From IMG/VR virus record IMGVR_UViG_3300032233_002986, positions 1 through 32,995 of that record: DNA of 32,995 bases, one strand, 5' to 3'. The translations under genes were made by a program, and so were the position numbers. Numbering within the stretch: the stretch's first letter is position 1; each line of letters starts with the position of its first letter. This document shows, in pieces, positions 7,700-18,412 of the stretch. Source of the stretch: a virus. Its lineage: Duplodnaviria; Caudoviricetes. The notes beneath the pieces were generated by a model. That model saw only the letters and a list, made by a program, of their open reading frames with translations. It had not been told where the DNA came from and searched no databases.

Positions 7700-7719
7700 T
7701 ATAGGAGTTTGATATTTTT

Positions 7720-8799
7720 ATGAGTCAATACATTAAAAAGGCACTTGTTCTTGGTGCTGGTGGTTTCATTGGAAGTCACATGGTCAAAAGGTTAAAAAGT
7801 GAAGGTTATTGGGTTCGTGGTGTTGATGTAAAACTACCAGAGCATTCAAAAACTTTAGCAGATGAATTTATTTTAGGAAATTTAACTGATCAACTTTTTA
7901 CTGAAAAAGTCATTGAATATAAAGGAGACAAAGGTAACTTCTATCATTCAGTTCCTTATCGTTATATTCAATCATTTGATGAGATCTATCAATTTGCTGC
8001 TGATATGGGTGGAGCTGGATATATTTTTACTGGAGATCATGATGCTGATGTAATGAATAATTCGGCAAAAATAAATTTGAATGTATTATCTTCAGTTAAA
8101 GATTTGAATGAAAGAATTGGAAAAAATAAAACCAAAATTTTCTTTTCTTCCTCTGCTTGTATGTATCCTGAGCACATTCAATTAGATCCAAATAATCCTG
8201 GTTTAAGGGAAAATGATGCATATCCAGCAGGACCAGATAGTGAATATGGATGGGAGAAACTCTTTTCAGAACGTTTGTATTTTGCTTATCATAGGAATTA
8301 CGGTATTCCTGTACGTGTGGCTAGATACCACAATATTTTTGGACCAGAAGGAACTTGGACTGGGGGAAAAGAAAAATCTCCAGCAGCAATTTGTCGCAAA
8401 GTCGCAGAACTTCCAGAAGAAGGAGGAACTGTTGAGGTCTGGGGTGATGGAGAACAAACTCGTTCATTCCTTTATATTGATGAATGTATTGAAGCAACTC
8501 GTCGTTTAATGGATTCTAATTTTATTGAACCAGTTAATATTGGTTCTGAAGAAATGGTAACCATTAATAAATTGGTTGATATTGTTGCTAAAATTTCTGG
8601 AAAAAAAGTTAAGAAACAATATAAATTAGATGCACCTCTTGGTGTTCGTGGACGTAATTCTAATAATGATTTAATTCGTAAAGAATTGAACTGGGACTAT
8701 GAAATGTCACTTGAAGAAGGAATTTCTAAAACCTATAATTGGATTAATGATAAAGTAAACCCATTTGTAAGCAGTTTTGCTTATTCGCAAGCATATTAA
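7720..8799 (+). CDS. GDP-mannose 3',5'-epimerase-like SDR
   Basis: GAGGFIGSH, QFAADMGGAGYI, SSSACMYPE, YGWEKLFSE, RYHNIFGPEGTW.GGKEKSPAAICRK, GVRGRNSNN. Confidence 0.88.
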   Translation: MSQYIKKALVLGAGGFIGSHMVKRLKSEGYWVRGVDVKLPEHSKTLADEFILGNLTDQLFTEKVIEYKGDKGNFYHSVPYRYIQSFDEIYQFAADMGGAGYIFTGDHDADVMNNSAKINLNVLSSVKDLNERIGKNKTKIFFSSSACMYPEHIQLDPNNPGLRENDAYPAGPDSEYGWEKLFSERLYFAYHRNYGIPVRVARYHNIFGPEGTWTGGKEKSPAAICRKVAELPEEGGTVEVWGDGEQTRSFLYIDECIEATRRLMDSNFIEPVNIGSEEMVTINKLVDIVAKISGKKVKKQYKLDAPLGVRGRNSNNDLIRKELNWDYEMSLEEGISKTYNWINDKVNPFVSSFAYSQAY

Positions 8800-8814
8800 T
8801 TAAGGAGAAAAAAA

Positions 8815-9468
8815 ATGATTGAAAACTTTTCTTGGTCTGATAATAGAAGAGAAGATTGGAGAGATTATGTTCGTTCTTTGGAAGATGATAATCTAAGTGA
8901 AATTCTTGGAGCAATTCCATCAGGATGGAATGTACCACCAAAAAGTCATAATGAATTTATAATTTGGTTGATGAATAGAATTGATCCAAAATTGACTGTA
9001 GAACTTGGTGTTGATTGGGGATATTCGTCTTTTATGCTTGCTTTGAATACAAAGAATAAGGTTGTTGGTATTGATTGTTTTGATATTTCAAAACATAGTT
9101 TAAGAAAAGATGATGACTATCAATTTGTTGTGGACATAAAAGAAAAATTAAAACTTAATAATTTAGAAATTATTAAAGGATATTTTGATGATGTAGCAAA
9201 AACTTGGGATGAAGAAATCAATCTTCTTCATATTGATGGTCTTCATGATTATGATAATTGTAAGAATGATTGCTATACTTGGACTCCATTTTTAGAAGAA
9301 AAAGGTGTTGTATTGTTTCACGATACTGTTTCAAATCCAAATGATGTTGGATTATTCTTTTCTCAACTTGAACTTCCAAAAGTGAACTTTACTAATTCTT
9401 GTGGATTGGGAGTTGCTTCAAATGATGCAGAATTAATTGAAGAAATTAAAAAAACATTTAAATTATGA
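8815..9468 (+). CDS. Class I SAM-dependent methyltransferase (Methyltransf_24-like)
   Basis: VELGVDWGYS, LLHIDGLHDY, GVVLFHD. Confidence 0.85.
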   Translation: MIENFSWSDNRREDWRDYVRSLEDDNLSEILGAIPSGWNVPPKSHNEFIIWLMNRIDPKLTVELGVDWGYSSFMLALNTKNKVVGIDCFDISKHSLRKDDDYQFVVDIKEKLKLNNLEIIKGYFDDVAKTWDEEINLLHIDGLHDYDNCKNDCYTWTPFLEEKGVVLFHDTVSNPNDVGLFFSQLELPKVNFTNSCGLGVASNDAELIEEIKKTFKL

Positions 9469-10001
9469 TTAAACTTATAATCCTTGATGTGGATGGTGTT
9501 CTTACTGATGGCACCAAATATTATGATCATGATGGGAAAGTAGTTCTTAAACTTTTCTGTGATAAGGATTGGACTGCAATTAAAAGGTTTCGTGCTATTG
9601 GAATTCCAGTTGTTTTTATAACTGGTGATCCTTATAATGAGATTATTCTTAAGAATAGAAATCTTCCTGTTGTAGTGAATCGTGGCGAAGGATTTCATAA
9701 AGATAAAGTAAATTATCTTACAGAAATTCTTGACGATTACAATTGTCTTGCAGAAGAAGTTCTTTATCTCGGAGATGATCTTTTTGATGTCAATATTATG
9801 AAATCAGTAGGACATCCTTATTGTCTTTTGGATTCTCCAATAATTGTAAAACAGAATTCAAATACACTTTACTGTAAAGCAGGTGAAAATGTTATTATGC
9901 AATTATTTGATCAATTGGAAATTGATGGAGTAATTCCTGTTGTTCCTTATGATGAAGTAATGACTAAAATTTATGAACTTGACTTGAAGGAAAAGTTTTG
10001 A
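9465..10001 (+). CDS. KdsC-like HAD phosphatase
   Basis: LDVDGVLTDG..YY, FITG, YLGDDLFD. Confidence 0.85.
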   Translation: MIKLIILDVDGVLTDGTKYYDHDGKVVLKLFCDKDWTAIKRFRAIGIPVVFITGDPYNEIILKNRNLPVVVNRGEGFHKDKVNYLTEILDDYNCLAEEVLYLGDDLFDVNIMKSVGHPYCLLDSPIIVKQNSNTLYCKAGENVIMQLFDQLEIDGVIPVVPYDEVMTKIYELDLKEKF

Positions 10002-10672
10002 TGAAAGACATTTCACTTTATGGTCATTTGACTATTGATACGATTCTTGTTGGTGGTACTGAAAAGAAAAGTTTAGGATCAATGGCAAATGTTTGGAAAT
10101 CGTTGCTTGAGATTGATTCGACATTAAATATTGGACTCTCTCCGATTGATGTAGGTCAAGCACTTGTTTATATTGATAAACCAGCAGCGCAAAGATATTC
10201 AAAGGCAAACTTAAATCTTGTGCAACACAAAGCAAAGATTTTTGAATCAAAAGTTCATCATCTCATCTATCTAAATGAGATGTCTATTTATGATTTTATT
10301 CCTGCTCTGGATGGTATTATCACTGCAGATACATGTCCTGGAAAATCATTGAATAAAGATTTACTTAAGTATGTTGATTATCTCTTCATTTCTGATGAAG
10401 ATATTGATGGGGATTTATCTGATTATGTAAACGCAACAAAAGGATATGTAGTACTTCATAGTTCGTCAGGAAGCGTTGTATCAAATGGAAAGAATGAATT
10501 CTTCTATAAACTACCAGAAGAATTTATACTAAAGGGAGTGAACGTTCTTGGTGCTGGTGATACATTTGCTTCTTGCTTCTTATATAAATTACTAAGGAAT
10601 GTGGGAGACATCCATAACTGGATTGAATTTGCTCATTTAAAAACGACTGAAATTATTAGGAATTCAATATGA
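10001..10672 (+). CDS. PfkB/ribokinase-family carbohydrate kinase (compact)
   Basis: N-terminal GHLTIDTI; 'VDYLFISDED'; C-terminal 'VNVLGAGDTFAS' signature. Confidence 0.8.
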   Translation: MKDISLYGHLTIDTILVGGTEKKSLGSMANVWKSLLEIDSTLNIGLSPIDVGQALVYIDKPAAQRYSKANLNLVQHKAKIFESKVHHLIYLNEMSIYDFIPALDGIITADTCPGKSLNKDLLKYVDYLFISDEDIDGDLSDYVNATKGYVVLHSSSGSVVSNGKNEFFYKLPEEFILKGVNVLGAGDTFASCFLYKLLRNVGDIHNWIEFAHLKTTEIIRNSI

Positions 10673-11826
10673 AACCAAATGTTCTTGTTCCGATGGCGGG
10701 ACTTGGTAGTAGATTTATTAAAGAAGGATTTAAAGTACCAAAACAGTTAATCAATATTAAAGACAAACACTTAATTGATATTTCACTTGACTGTTTGAAT
10801 TATGAAGATTGCAATTTAATTTTTGTGGTTAGAGATGAAACTGTCTATAATTTCCATATTGATGAACTTCTAAAGAAAAAGTTTGGTGAAGATATTAAGA
10901 TTGTGATTCTTGATAAACTTACTGATGGATCTGTGTGTAGTTGTTTGTATGCAGAGGAGTATATTGATAATGATGCACCTCTTGTGATTCATACTCTGGA
11001 TATTGAATTTCGTCCAGTATTTGATCCACATACTATGAATGATTTGGATGCAGATGGACTCCTTTTGACATTCAAATCAAACTCTGCAAACTATAGTTAT
11101 GCCGATGTTGATCAAGATGGATATGTAAAGAGAACTGCCGAGAAGAAAGCAATTAGTTCTAATGCTTGTGTGGGAATTTATGGATTTATGAAAGGATCCG
11201 ATTTCTGTAAGTATGCTAGAGAAATGATTGCAAAGGATATTAGAACCAAGAATGAGTTCTACATTGCACCTTTGTATAATCTTCTTATTGATGATGGTAA
11301 AAAGATTGTCACCTCAGATGTAAATAAAATGCATGTATTTGGAACTCCTGATGAGTTTCATTTTTACAAAGAAAATGTTATTCGTAAGATTGGTGATAAA
11401 CCAATTGCAATTTGCTCAGACCATTCTGGATTTGAAGCAAAAGAAGAATTCAAGTATATTCTTGAAAACCATAATCTTGAGTATATTGACTTCGGTACAA
11501 TACTGAATAAAGACTGTGATTATAGAGATTACATTGCACAGGCAGTTAAGGCAATTGCCGAACGTGATTGTAATTATGGATTTGGTTTTTGTAGAACTGG
11601 CCAAGGTGTAAACATCTGTGCTAACAAGTATAAAGGTATTCGTTCAGCATTGATTTATGATGAGTTTGCTATGGAAATGGCCATTCGTCATAATTGTGCA
11701 AACTTCTTTGCAATTCCTGCAAAAGATTATACTATTGAAAAAATGGATAAGTATTTGGAAATATGCTCTACTCATAGTTTTGATGGTGGTCGTCATCAGG
11801 TTCGTATTCAGGAGTTGGAAAAATGA
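10669..11826 (+). CDS. Sugar nucleotidyltransferase fused to RpiB/LacAB sugar-phosphate isomerase
   Basis: N-terminal VPMAGLGSRF...PKQLI, EKKAIS, NEFYIAPLYN, FGTPDE. C-terminal ICSDHSG, IDFG, DY, FCRTGQGVNICANKYKGIR, HNCAN, FDGGRH..R. Confidence 0.9.
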   Translation: MKPNVLVPMAGLGSRFIKEGFKVPKQLINIKDKHLIDISLDCLNYEDCNLIFVVRDETVYNFHIDELLKKKFGEDIKIVILDKLTDGSVCSCLYAEEYIDNDAPLVIHTLDIEFRPVFDPHTMNDLDADGLLLTFKSNSANYSYADVDQDGYVKRTAEKKAISSNACVGIYGFMKGSDFCKYAREMIAKDIRTKNEFYIAPLYNLLIDDGKKIVTSDVNKMHVFGTPDEFHFYKENVIRKIGDKPIAICSDHSGFEAKEEFKYILENHNLEYIDFGTILNKDCDYRDYIAQAVKAIAERDCNYGFGFCRTGQGVNICANKYKGIRSALIYDEFAMEMAIRHNCANFFAIPAKDYTIEKMDKYLEICSTHSFDGGRHQVRIQELEK

Positions 11827-12143
11827 TTCAAGCAAATATTGTTGACTTTAAATTAGGATGGTTTGTTGGGAACTTTGAACCATCTATTTTCAAAAATCCA
11901 TTTTTTGAAGTTGCACATCATAAACATAAAAAAGGATGTGAAACATTTCCTCATTATCATGCAGTCACCAATGAACTTAACTACATTGTAAAAGGTGAAC
12001 TAATAGTATCTGGAAAGCATTTGAATGCAGGTAATATGTGGATTTATGAACCAAAGGAAATTTCTGATGTTGAGTTCTTGAGTGATGTTGATCTTATAGT
12101 AGTGAGATGGCCATCTATTCCTTCGGATAAGTATATAATATGA
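11823..12143 (+). CDS. Cupin-domain protein
   Basis: GWFVGNFEPS; PHYH....ELNYIVKG cupin metal motif. Confidence 0.8.
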   Translation: MIQANIVDFKLGWFVGNFEPSIFKNPFFEVAHHKHKKGCETFPHYHAVTNELNYIVKGELIVSGKHLNAGNMWIYEPKEISDVEFLSDVDLIVVRWPSIPSDKYII

Positions 12144-12607
12144 AACTGATAGCACATAGAGGAAATATCTCTGGGTCAAATCCTTTAGAAGAAAATAATC
12201 CAGAATACATTGAAGCAGCAATTGTAGATGGATATGATGTTGAGATTGATGTAAGATGTGAAGATCATCAGTTTCATTTGGGACATGATGAACCACAATA
12301 TTATGTTCCTATGACTTGGTTAGTTAAAAGAAAAGATAAACTTTGGATTCATTGTAAAGATTTTGAATCTTTGGATATTTTTTGTAATACTCCAATAGAT
12401 TTTAACTTTTTTTGGCATGAAAACGATAAGTATACTTTGACTAGTAAAGGTTATATTTGGACTTATCCTGGACAATTATTTGGAAATAATTCTGTTATTG
12501 TAATGCCAGAATTATTTGACTTGCCAAATAACCAAGATAATGATACAGTAGCATACAGCAAAAGATTTTTTGCTGTATGCAGTGATTGTGTGAAAAAATT
12601 TAAATGA
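12140..12607 (+). CDS. Glycerophosphodiester phosphodiesterase-like (minimal GDPD) protein
   Basis: IAHRG, EN, DVEIDV, LGHD, LWIHCK. Confidence 0.8.
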   Translation: MKLIAHRGNISGSNPLEENNPEYIEAAIVDGYDVEIDVRCEDHQFHLGHDEPQYYVPMTWLVKRKDKLWIHCKDFESLDIFCNTPIDFNFFWHENDKYTLTSKGYIWTYPGQLFGNNSVIVMPELFDLPNNQDNDTVAYSKRFFAVCSDCVKKFK

Positions 12608-13215
12608 CATCTACGATTTCCCCAGTATTTAAAGAATTAAAACAATATGATAAAATTAATGTTATAGATGTTGGATCTGCAAGAGCATCTTTTTTGGTAG
12701 AATTGGAAAAATTTTTTGATCTAAAAAATGTTTATTCTATAGGAATTGATCCAATTGATTATGGAGTAGAATCTTATTATGATAAGTTTTATCGTGTTTG
12801 TCTAGATGACGTTGAAACTCCCCAAAAGCAAATATTTTATAATGATGATCAATCCTCCTCACTGCTTTCTTCCAAAGGTGAAAAAATTGGTTTGGTTGAC
12901 ATTTTAAATATCAATAGCATTATCGATGTTGATATACCAGAAAATATTATACATTTTATTAAAATAGATGCAGAAGGAAAGGATTTGTCTATTGTAAAAT
13001 CTTTATCAAAACAAAATTTAAACAGAACAAAATTTATTGCAATAGAATGTCCAAATAAAATTCCAAGATATGATGGAGAATATATTAAAAAAGATTGTAT
13101 TGAATATTTTAATTCTATAAATTTTGAATTTTTTTATGAATACGATACTAATATTGAATCTTGGAACAAATCAGATTTGAGTGATGTCGTTTTTATAAAC
13201 AAACGAGAATTATGA
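12604..13215 (+). CDS. FkbM-family methyltransferase
   Basis: VIDVGSA, GIDP, FIKIDAEG.D, IAIE. Confidence 0.75.
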   Translation: MTSTISPVFKELKQYDKINVIDVGSARASFLVELEKFFDLKNVYSIGIDPIDYGVESYYDKFYRVCLDDVETPQKQIFYNDDQSSSLLSSKGEKIGLVDILNINSIIDVDIPENIIHFIKIDAEGKDLSIVKSLSKQNLNRTKFIAIECPNKIPRYDGEYIKKDCIEYFNSINFEFFYEYDTNIESWNKSDLSDVVFINKREL

Positions 13216-13952
13216 AAGTAGCATTATGTTTATCCGGCCAACCAAGAGTAGTTGACATTGGGTTTCAAAAACTAAACCAATCAATTCTTCAGTACAATGA
13301 TGTTGATGTGTTCATTCATACTTGGTTTGATCCTGAAAATCTTAGTACAAATTCTGTCATTCCTGGCAGAGAATCTCATAGGTTAGATCCTCAAGCAATT
13401 GATAAATTGGTTCATTATTATCAACCAAAACGCATTATGGTTGAGAAACCAAAAAAGTGGTCAAAGAGATATGAGTTTCCTGATAAGGTTTTCACACATT
13501 CGCATACTTGGGCACTTGAAGTTCCTTCTGGATTAGAAGTAGCAAAGGATTACATTTGTGATACTACAAATAGTATGTTCTATAGTATTATGATGTCAAA
13601 TCTTTTGAAAGAACAGTATTCAACAGAAATCGGAATTGAATATGATTTAGTAATTCGAAATAGAATTGACTATTCTCCTCATGTAATGCTAAAATTGAAT
13701 GAGATTTCAATAGATGATTGTACACTAATATATCAAGATTTATATCAACCTGATGGTATGATTAGTGATTGGTTTGGTATGGGATCAACAAACACTATGA
13801 ATGTTTTTTGTGGAGTATACAATCAAATAAGCCAACTCATCCGACAATCAAATGAAGTTGATGGATATTGGTGTAATGAACTTCTTCTTAAACATCATAT
13901 CAAAAATAATAAAATTAAAACAAATCCTATAGACTATCAAGTTCACTATTAA
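13212..13952 (+). CDS. Putative glycosyltransferase-like protein
   Basis: '[12 protein letters not shown]', 'DVFIHTW', 'SMFYSI', '[10 protein letters not shown]', 'SDWFGMG' pattern, typical of uncharacterised glycan-locus proteins. Confidence 0.55.
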   Translation: MKVALCLSGQPRVVDIGFQKLNQSILQYNDVDVFIHTWFDPENLSTNSVIPGRESHRLDPQAIDKLVHYYQPKRIMVEKPKKWSKRYEFPDKVFTHSHTWALEVPSGLEVAKDYICDTTNSMFYSIMMSNLLKEQYSTEIGIEYDLVIRNRIDYSPHVMLKLNEISIDDCTLIYQDLYQPDGMISDWFGMGSTNTMNVFCGVYNQISQLIRQSNEVDGYWCNELLLKHHIKNNKIKTNPIDYQVHY

Positions 13953-13953
13953 C

Positions 13954-14979
13954 ATGAAGAAAGCACTTATTACCGGAATTACCGGACAAGATGGATCATA
14001 TCTTGCAGACTTACTTTTGAGTAAAGGATATGAAGTTCATGGAATTATTCGTAGAAATTCAACATCAGATTGTACTGATAGAATTAATTATCTTTTAGGT
14101 AATCCTAAGATCACTTTGCATTACGGAGATCTAACTGATTTCTCAAATATTACATCCATCATTCAAGAAACTCGTCCTGATGAGATCTATAATCTTGCAG
14201 CACAAAGTCATGTAAAAGTATCTTTTTCCAATGCACTTTATACTGCTGATGTAGATGCTTTAGGTGTTTGTCGTATTCTTGAAGCACTACGAATTCTTGG
14301 CATGATTAATACGACCAAGTTTTATCAGGCAAGCACTTCAGAAATGTATGGTCTTGTTCAAGAAATTCCTCAACGTGAAGGTACAAAATTTCATCCAAGA
14401 TCTCCTTACGGTGTAGCAAAACTTTATGCTCATTGGATTACTAAAAACTATCGTGAAGCATATGGTCTCTTTGGATGTAATGGTATTCTCTTTAATCATG
14501 AGAGTCCTCGTCGTGGAGAAACTTTTGTGACTCGTAAGATCACTAAAACTCTTGCAGAGATTAAGAATGGTAAACGTAGTCTACCATTGGAACTTGGCAA
14601 TATGGATGCAAAACGTGATTGGGGACATGCAAAAGATTATGTGGAAGCAATGTGGTTGATGCTTCAGCATAACACTCCTGACGATTATGTTGTTTCTATG
14701 GGGCAACAACATTCTGTTCGTGAATTTGTTGAGATTTCATGTAAGCACATTGGATTTGATATTGAGTGGAGTGGTAAAGGTGTAGAGGAGATTGCAACAA
14801 TTAAAGGAACTGATAAAGTTTTGGTAAAAGTTAATCCTGAATTCTATCGTCCTGCAGAAGTTGATTCTCTTGTTGGAGACCCTACTTATACCAAGAATAA
14901 GATTGGTTGGAATCCTAAGTATTCTTTTGCCGATCTTGTAAAAGAAATGTGTGATGGTGATATGGAGGCAACAAGGTGA
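13954..14979 (+). CDS. gmd: GDP-mannose 4,6-dehydratase
   Basis: [71 protein letters not shown]. Confidence 0.97.
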   Translation: MKKALITGITGQDGSYLADLLLSKGYEVHGIIRRNSTSDCTDRINYLLGNPKITLHYGDLTDFSNITSIIQETRPDEIYNLAAQSHVKVSFSNALYTADVDALGVCRILEALRILGMINTTKFYQASTSEMYGLVQEIPQREGTKFHPRSPYGVAKLYAHWITKNYREAYGLFGCNGILFNHESPRRGETFVTRKITKTLAEIKNGKRSLPLELGNMDAKRDWGHAKDYVEAMWLMLQHNTPDDYVVSMGQQHSVREFVEISCKHIGFDIEWSGKGVEEIATIKGTDKVLVKVNPEFYRPAEVDSLVGDPTYTKNKIGWNPKYSFADLVKEMCDGDMEATR

Positions 14980-15905
14980 AGAAAAAGATTGTATTTTGGG
15001 TAGAAAATAAACCATATCAAACTTTTTCTTACATCTATGCTGGAATGAAAAAAGCATTTGAAAGATTGGGTTGTGAAACATATTGGTTTAGTGATTCTAA
15101 TTATCCTTCCAAATTAGAGTTTGATTACTCGGATTGTATTTTTTTTGTAGATAATCAAGGTCCACTTGACTGGAATGTTCCTGTTATTGATACTGGAATT
15201 TATTTTTCTTATGATAAATTTACAAATGTAGATAAGTATCTTGGTAAGGTCAAGTGTCTTGTGAATTATCGAGTTGCTGAATTCAAAAAACCAATTCCAG
15301 ATGGTGATAGGTATATTGAAGTTGAAAAAGGAGTTACTTTTGATACTCAAGCACCAGAACCTTATAATGTTGTTTATTTTAGTTGGGCAACTAATTTACT
15401 TCCTGATGAAATTAATTTTGATTGGGTCAATAAACAGAGAAATAATGAATATAATTTTGTTGGTACTATTCATTCTCCTCGCCCAAATTCCAAACCTCTT
15501 CATCAAGATTTTATTGATATTGTAAAAAATAAAAATATTACATTCAATCATTATAATCCTAATATTAATCCTGCGACTGATCAGGAACATATTAGGATTC
15601 TTCAAGAATCAATGTTTGTTCCAGATTTTAGACCACAAGAACAAAAAGATAATTGGTATGTTTCGTGTCGGGTTTTAAAGGCAATTAGTTATGGTTGTCT
15701 TACTGTTTCGGATTCTTTATATCTTAAACACTTTATTGATGATAGTCTGTTGGTTTCTGAAGATGCTCAAGAAATATTTGATCTTGGAATGAAAAATCAG
15801 TATAATAAAGATTTAATTGTACATCAAATGGAAATTGTAAAAAGAGATCATACTTATTTAAATAGGTGTAAAGGTATTCTTCAAATCGTAGAAAATATAA
15901 AATGA
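14976..15905 (+). CDS. Putative GT-B glycosyltransferase (CgeB/Glyco_trans_1_2-like)
   Basis: GTG start overlapping the gmd stop; 'FVGT', '[14 protein letters not shown]', 'RDHTYLNR'. Confidence 0.65.
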   Translation: MKKKIVFWVENKPYQTFSYIYAGMKKAFERLGCETYWFSDSNYPSKLEFDYSDCIFFVDNQGPLDWNVPVIDTGIYFSYDKFTNVDKYLGKVKCLVNYRVAEFKKPIPDGDRYIEVEKGVTFDTQAPEPYNVVYFSWATNLLPDEINFDWVNKQRNNEYNFVGTIHSPRPNSKPLHQDFIDIVKNKNITFNHYNPNINPATDQEHIRILQESMFVPDFRPQEQKDNWYVSCRVLKAISYGCLTVSDSLYLKHFIDDSLLVSEDAQEIFDLGMKNQYNKDLIVHQMEIVKRDHTYLNRCKGILQIVENIK

Positions 15906-16759
15906 AAATTACAATTTTAGGATCTAGTGGACAGATCGGTGCCTACCTTTCAGGATATCTTCGCAATAAAGGTCACGTAGTCATTGATTTTGATAAGGTA
16001 GAAACACCAAATCATGATATGACTGTGATTCCCAATCAATATCTTGAGAATGCAATTGAGACTGCAGACTTTGTTTTCTTTCTTGCATTTGATGTAGGTG
16101 GATCACGTTATCTCAAAAAGTATCAACACACTTTCCAGTTTATTGATAATAATGCTCGTTTGATGGCAAATGCTTTTGGATATCTTCAAAAGTATAATAA
16201 GAGATTTGTCTTTGCTTCATCTCAGATGAGTAATATGAGTTACTCACCCTATGGAGTTCTCAAGAATGTTGGTGAACTGTATACCAAATCACTCAAAGGA
16301 CTGATCGTTAAGTTCTGGAATGTTTATGGTATTGAAAATGATCACGAGAAAGCACACGTAATTACAGACTTTATTCGTAAAGGATTTGAGACTGGTGTGA
16401 TTGATATGCTTACTGATGGACAGGAAGAACGTGAGTTTCTCTATGCTGAAGATTGTTGTGAAGCACTTGAATCTATTATGGAGAATTATACTGACTTCAC
16501 TTCAGAAGATAATCTTCATATTACAAGTTACCATCCAACTAAGATTATTGATATTGCAAATATGATTATTGGACAATTTAATCTAATCGGTAAGTATAAT
16601 GTGAAACTGCAACCATCTATTAAAAAAGATAGTGTTCAGATGGATAAAAAGAATCGTCCAGATATGTATTTTTCTGAGTGGTGGATTCCAAAAACTACTA
16701 TTGAACAAGGAATTTCTAAAGTATTTAAAGAAATGGAGAAAAATTATGTTAGCATGTAA
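15902..16759 (+). CDS. NAD-dependent epimerase/dehydratase/reductase (SDR)
   Basis: GSSGQIG, FASSQM, YxxxK (YGVLK), NVYG, REFLYAED. Confidence 0.82.
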   Translation: MKITILGSSGQIGAYLSGYLRNKGHVVIDFDKVETPNHDMTVIPNQYLENAIETADFVFFLAFDVGGSRYLKKYQHTFQFIDNNARLMANAFGYLQKYNKRFVFASSQMSNMSYSPYGVLKNVGELYTKSLKGLIVKFWNVYGIENDHEKAHVITDFIRKGFETGVIDMLTDGQEEREFLYAEDCCEALESIMENYTDFTSEDNLHITSYHPTKIIDIANMIIGQFNLIGKYNVKLQPSIKKDSVQMDKKNRPDMYFSEWWIPKTTIEQGISKVFKEMEKNYVSM

Positions 16760-17588
16760 TCAACTTGGTAATAATGGTAGACTTGGAAATCAAATGTTTC
16801 AATATGCTGCTTTAAAGGGCATTGCATATCGTAGAGGATTTGATTATTGCATTCCTCCTTTTGATGCACAAGGAATTGATAATTATGGACTTGGAGATGC
16901 TTTTGATATTAAATCTTTTACTGGTGTAGCAAATCTCCCATCAGTTGGAGAACCACATTTTCATTATAGTGAAGAGTTTCATAATACTTGTCCTGATAAT
17001 GTAACACTGGTTGGATATTTTCAATCTGAAAAATATTTTAAGGAAATTGAAGAACAAATCCGTCAAGACTTTATCTTTAAAAAAGAATGGTCAGAACCTT
17101 GTTTACAATTTAAAAAAGAATTTGAGGGGCAGGAAATTGCTTTTCTTCATGTTCGTCGGGGAGATCCAAATCTTGTAGATCGCAGGGGATTTAAATGGGC
17201 TTATGTTAACTGTTCGGATCAGCATCCAGTCCAACCTTTAGAATACTATGAAGAAGCAATTAAACATCTTCCCGAGGATATGCCTATTCTTGTATTTTCG
17301 GATTCAATTGAATGGTGTAGGGAGCAAGAATTTTTTGCACCAGATCGGTTTATGTTATCTGAACCAGAAGATAAGTATTCTGATGGAGCCTTGGTTCCTT
17401 ATACAGATTTGTGCTTGATGTCTCTATGTGACCATGCTATAATTGCTAATAGCAGTATGAGTTGGTGGGGTGCTTGGTTGATTCAAAATCCAAATAAAAA
17501 GGTCATTGCACCTAAGATGTGGTTTGGATCTGCTTATTCTCATCATAATACAAAAGACATTTATTGTGATGGTTGGGAGATTGTTTAA
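16746..17588 (+). CDS. Alpha-1,2-fucosyltransferase (GT11)
   Basis: GRLGNQMFQYA, GYFQSEKYF, HVRRGD, FSD, IIANSSMSWWGAWL. Start moved to ATG 16746. Confidence 0.92.
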   Translation: MLACNQLGNNGRLGNQMFQYAALKGIAYRRGFDYCIPPFDAQGIDNYGLGDAFDIKSFTGVANLPSVGEPHFHYSEEFHNTCPDNVTLVGYFQSEKYFKEIEEQIRQDFIFKKEWSEPCLQFKKEFEGQEIAFLHVRRGDPNLVDRRGFKWAYVNCSDQHPVQPLEYYEEAIKHLPEDMPILVFSDSIEWCREQEFFAPDRFMLSEPEDKYSDGALVPYTDLCLMSLCDHAIIANSSMSWWGAWLIQNPNKKVIAPKMWFGSAYSHHNTKDIYCDGWEIV

Positions 17589-18412
17589 TGATCTATGTTT
17601 CTGGATCTAATGGTTTAATAGGTAAAGAATTGGTTAAAAATATTAGTAATTATGTTCCAATTTCTTATCGCAATCAAGTTCCAGACATAGAATTTTTACC
17701 AAATTCTACTTTGGTACATTTATCCTCATCAATTACACCAAGGAACAATTTTGTAGATTTGGAAGCATCACTTCAAAATGATGTATTGATTCCTTTTCAA
17801 ATTTTTCAAAATTATTTGAAAATAAATCCAAATGGAAAAATCATTTTTCTTTCTACTGCTGGTGATTTGCATAGTTCTGAATTTGATATTATAAGTGATG
17901 AAAATTCATTGCCAAATCCAAAATCAATTTATGGCACACACAAATTGCTTTTGGAAAATTATATTAAATTACTTCATAAGACAAATAATTTTACAAGTAT
18001 AATTTTTAGAGTCACTAATGTTTATGGTGGTGATCCTACACCAAACAGAGTAAATGGTTTAATAGATAAATTCATTGTAAGTGATAATATTACAATAACT
18101 TCAAATATTGAAGAATCTATTAATTTTATTCATATGAATGATTTGATTAGTTTATTGTTAAAATCGGTACAAACAAAATTAAGTGGGTATAATTTATTTT
18201 TGGTTGGTAGTTCTAGTTCTATTTCTATTCAAAAATTAATAAAGAAAATTCTTCTTTATGTTTCTCCAACTATTACATATAAAAATGAAAATTCAAAACC
18301 TTCATACATAAACATAGACACCACAAAAGTAAAAAAATATTTCAATTGGGAATGTGAATATTCAATTGATAGTGGTATAATTAAACAAGTAAAATCTTTG
18401 AAGTCATTATGA
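17588..18412 (+). CDS. NAD-dependent epimerase/dehydratase (SDR)
   Basis: GSNGLIG, YxxxK (YGTHK), RVTNVYG, NFIHMND. Start at ATG 17588 overlapping the upstream TAA. Confidence 0.8.
   Translation: MIYVSGSNGLIGKELVKNISNYVPISYRNQVPDIEFLPNSTLVHLSSSITPRNNFVDLEASLQNDVLIPFQIFQNYLKINPNGKIIFLSTAGDLHSSEFDIISDENSLPNPKSIYGTHKLLLENYIKLLHKTNNFTSIIFRVTNVYGGDPTPNRVNGLIDKFIVSDNITITSNIEESINFIHMNDLISLLLKSVQTKLSGYNLFLVGSSSSISIQKLIKKILLYVSPTITYKNENSKPSYINIDTTKVKKYFNWECEYSIDSGIIKQVKSLKSL

Noticed and set aside
16632-16745. Extended N-termini called by the ORF track (also 6845, 17573, 19819)
   Set aside because: They overlap upstream genes extensively; internal ATGs (16746, 6875, 17588, 19909) give coupling to upstream stops and family-typical N-termini.
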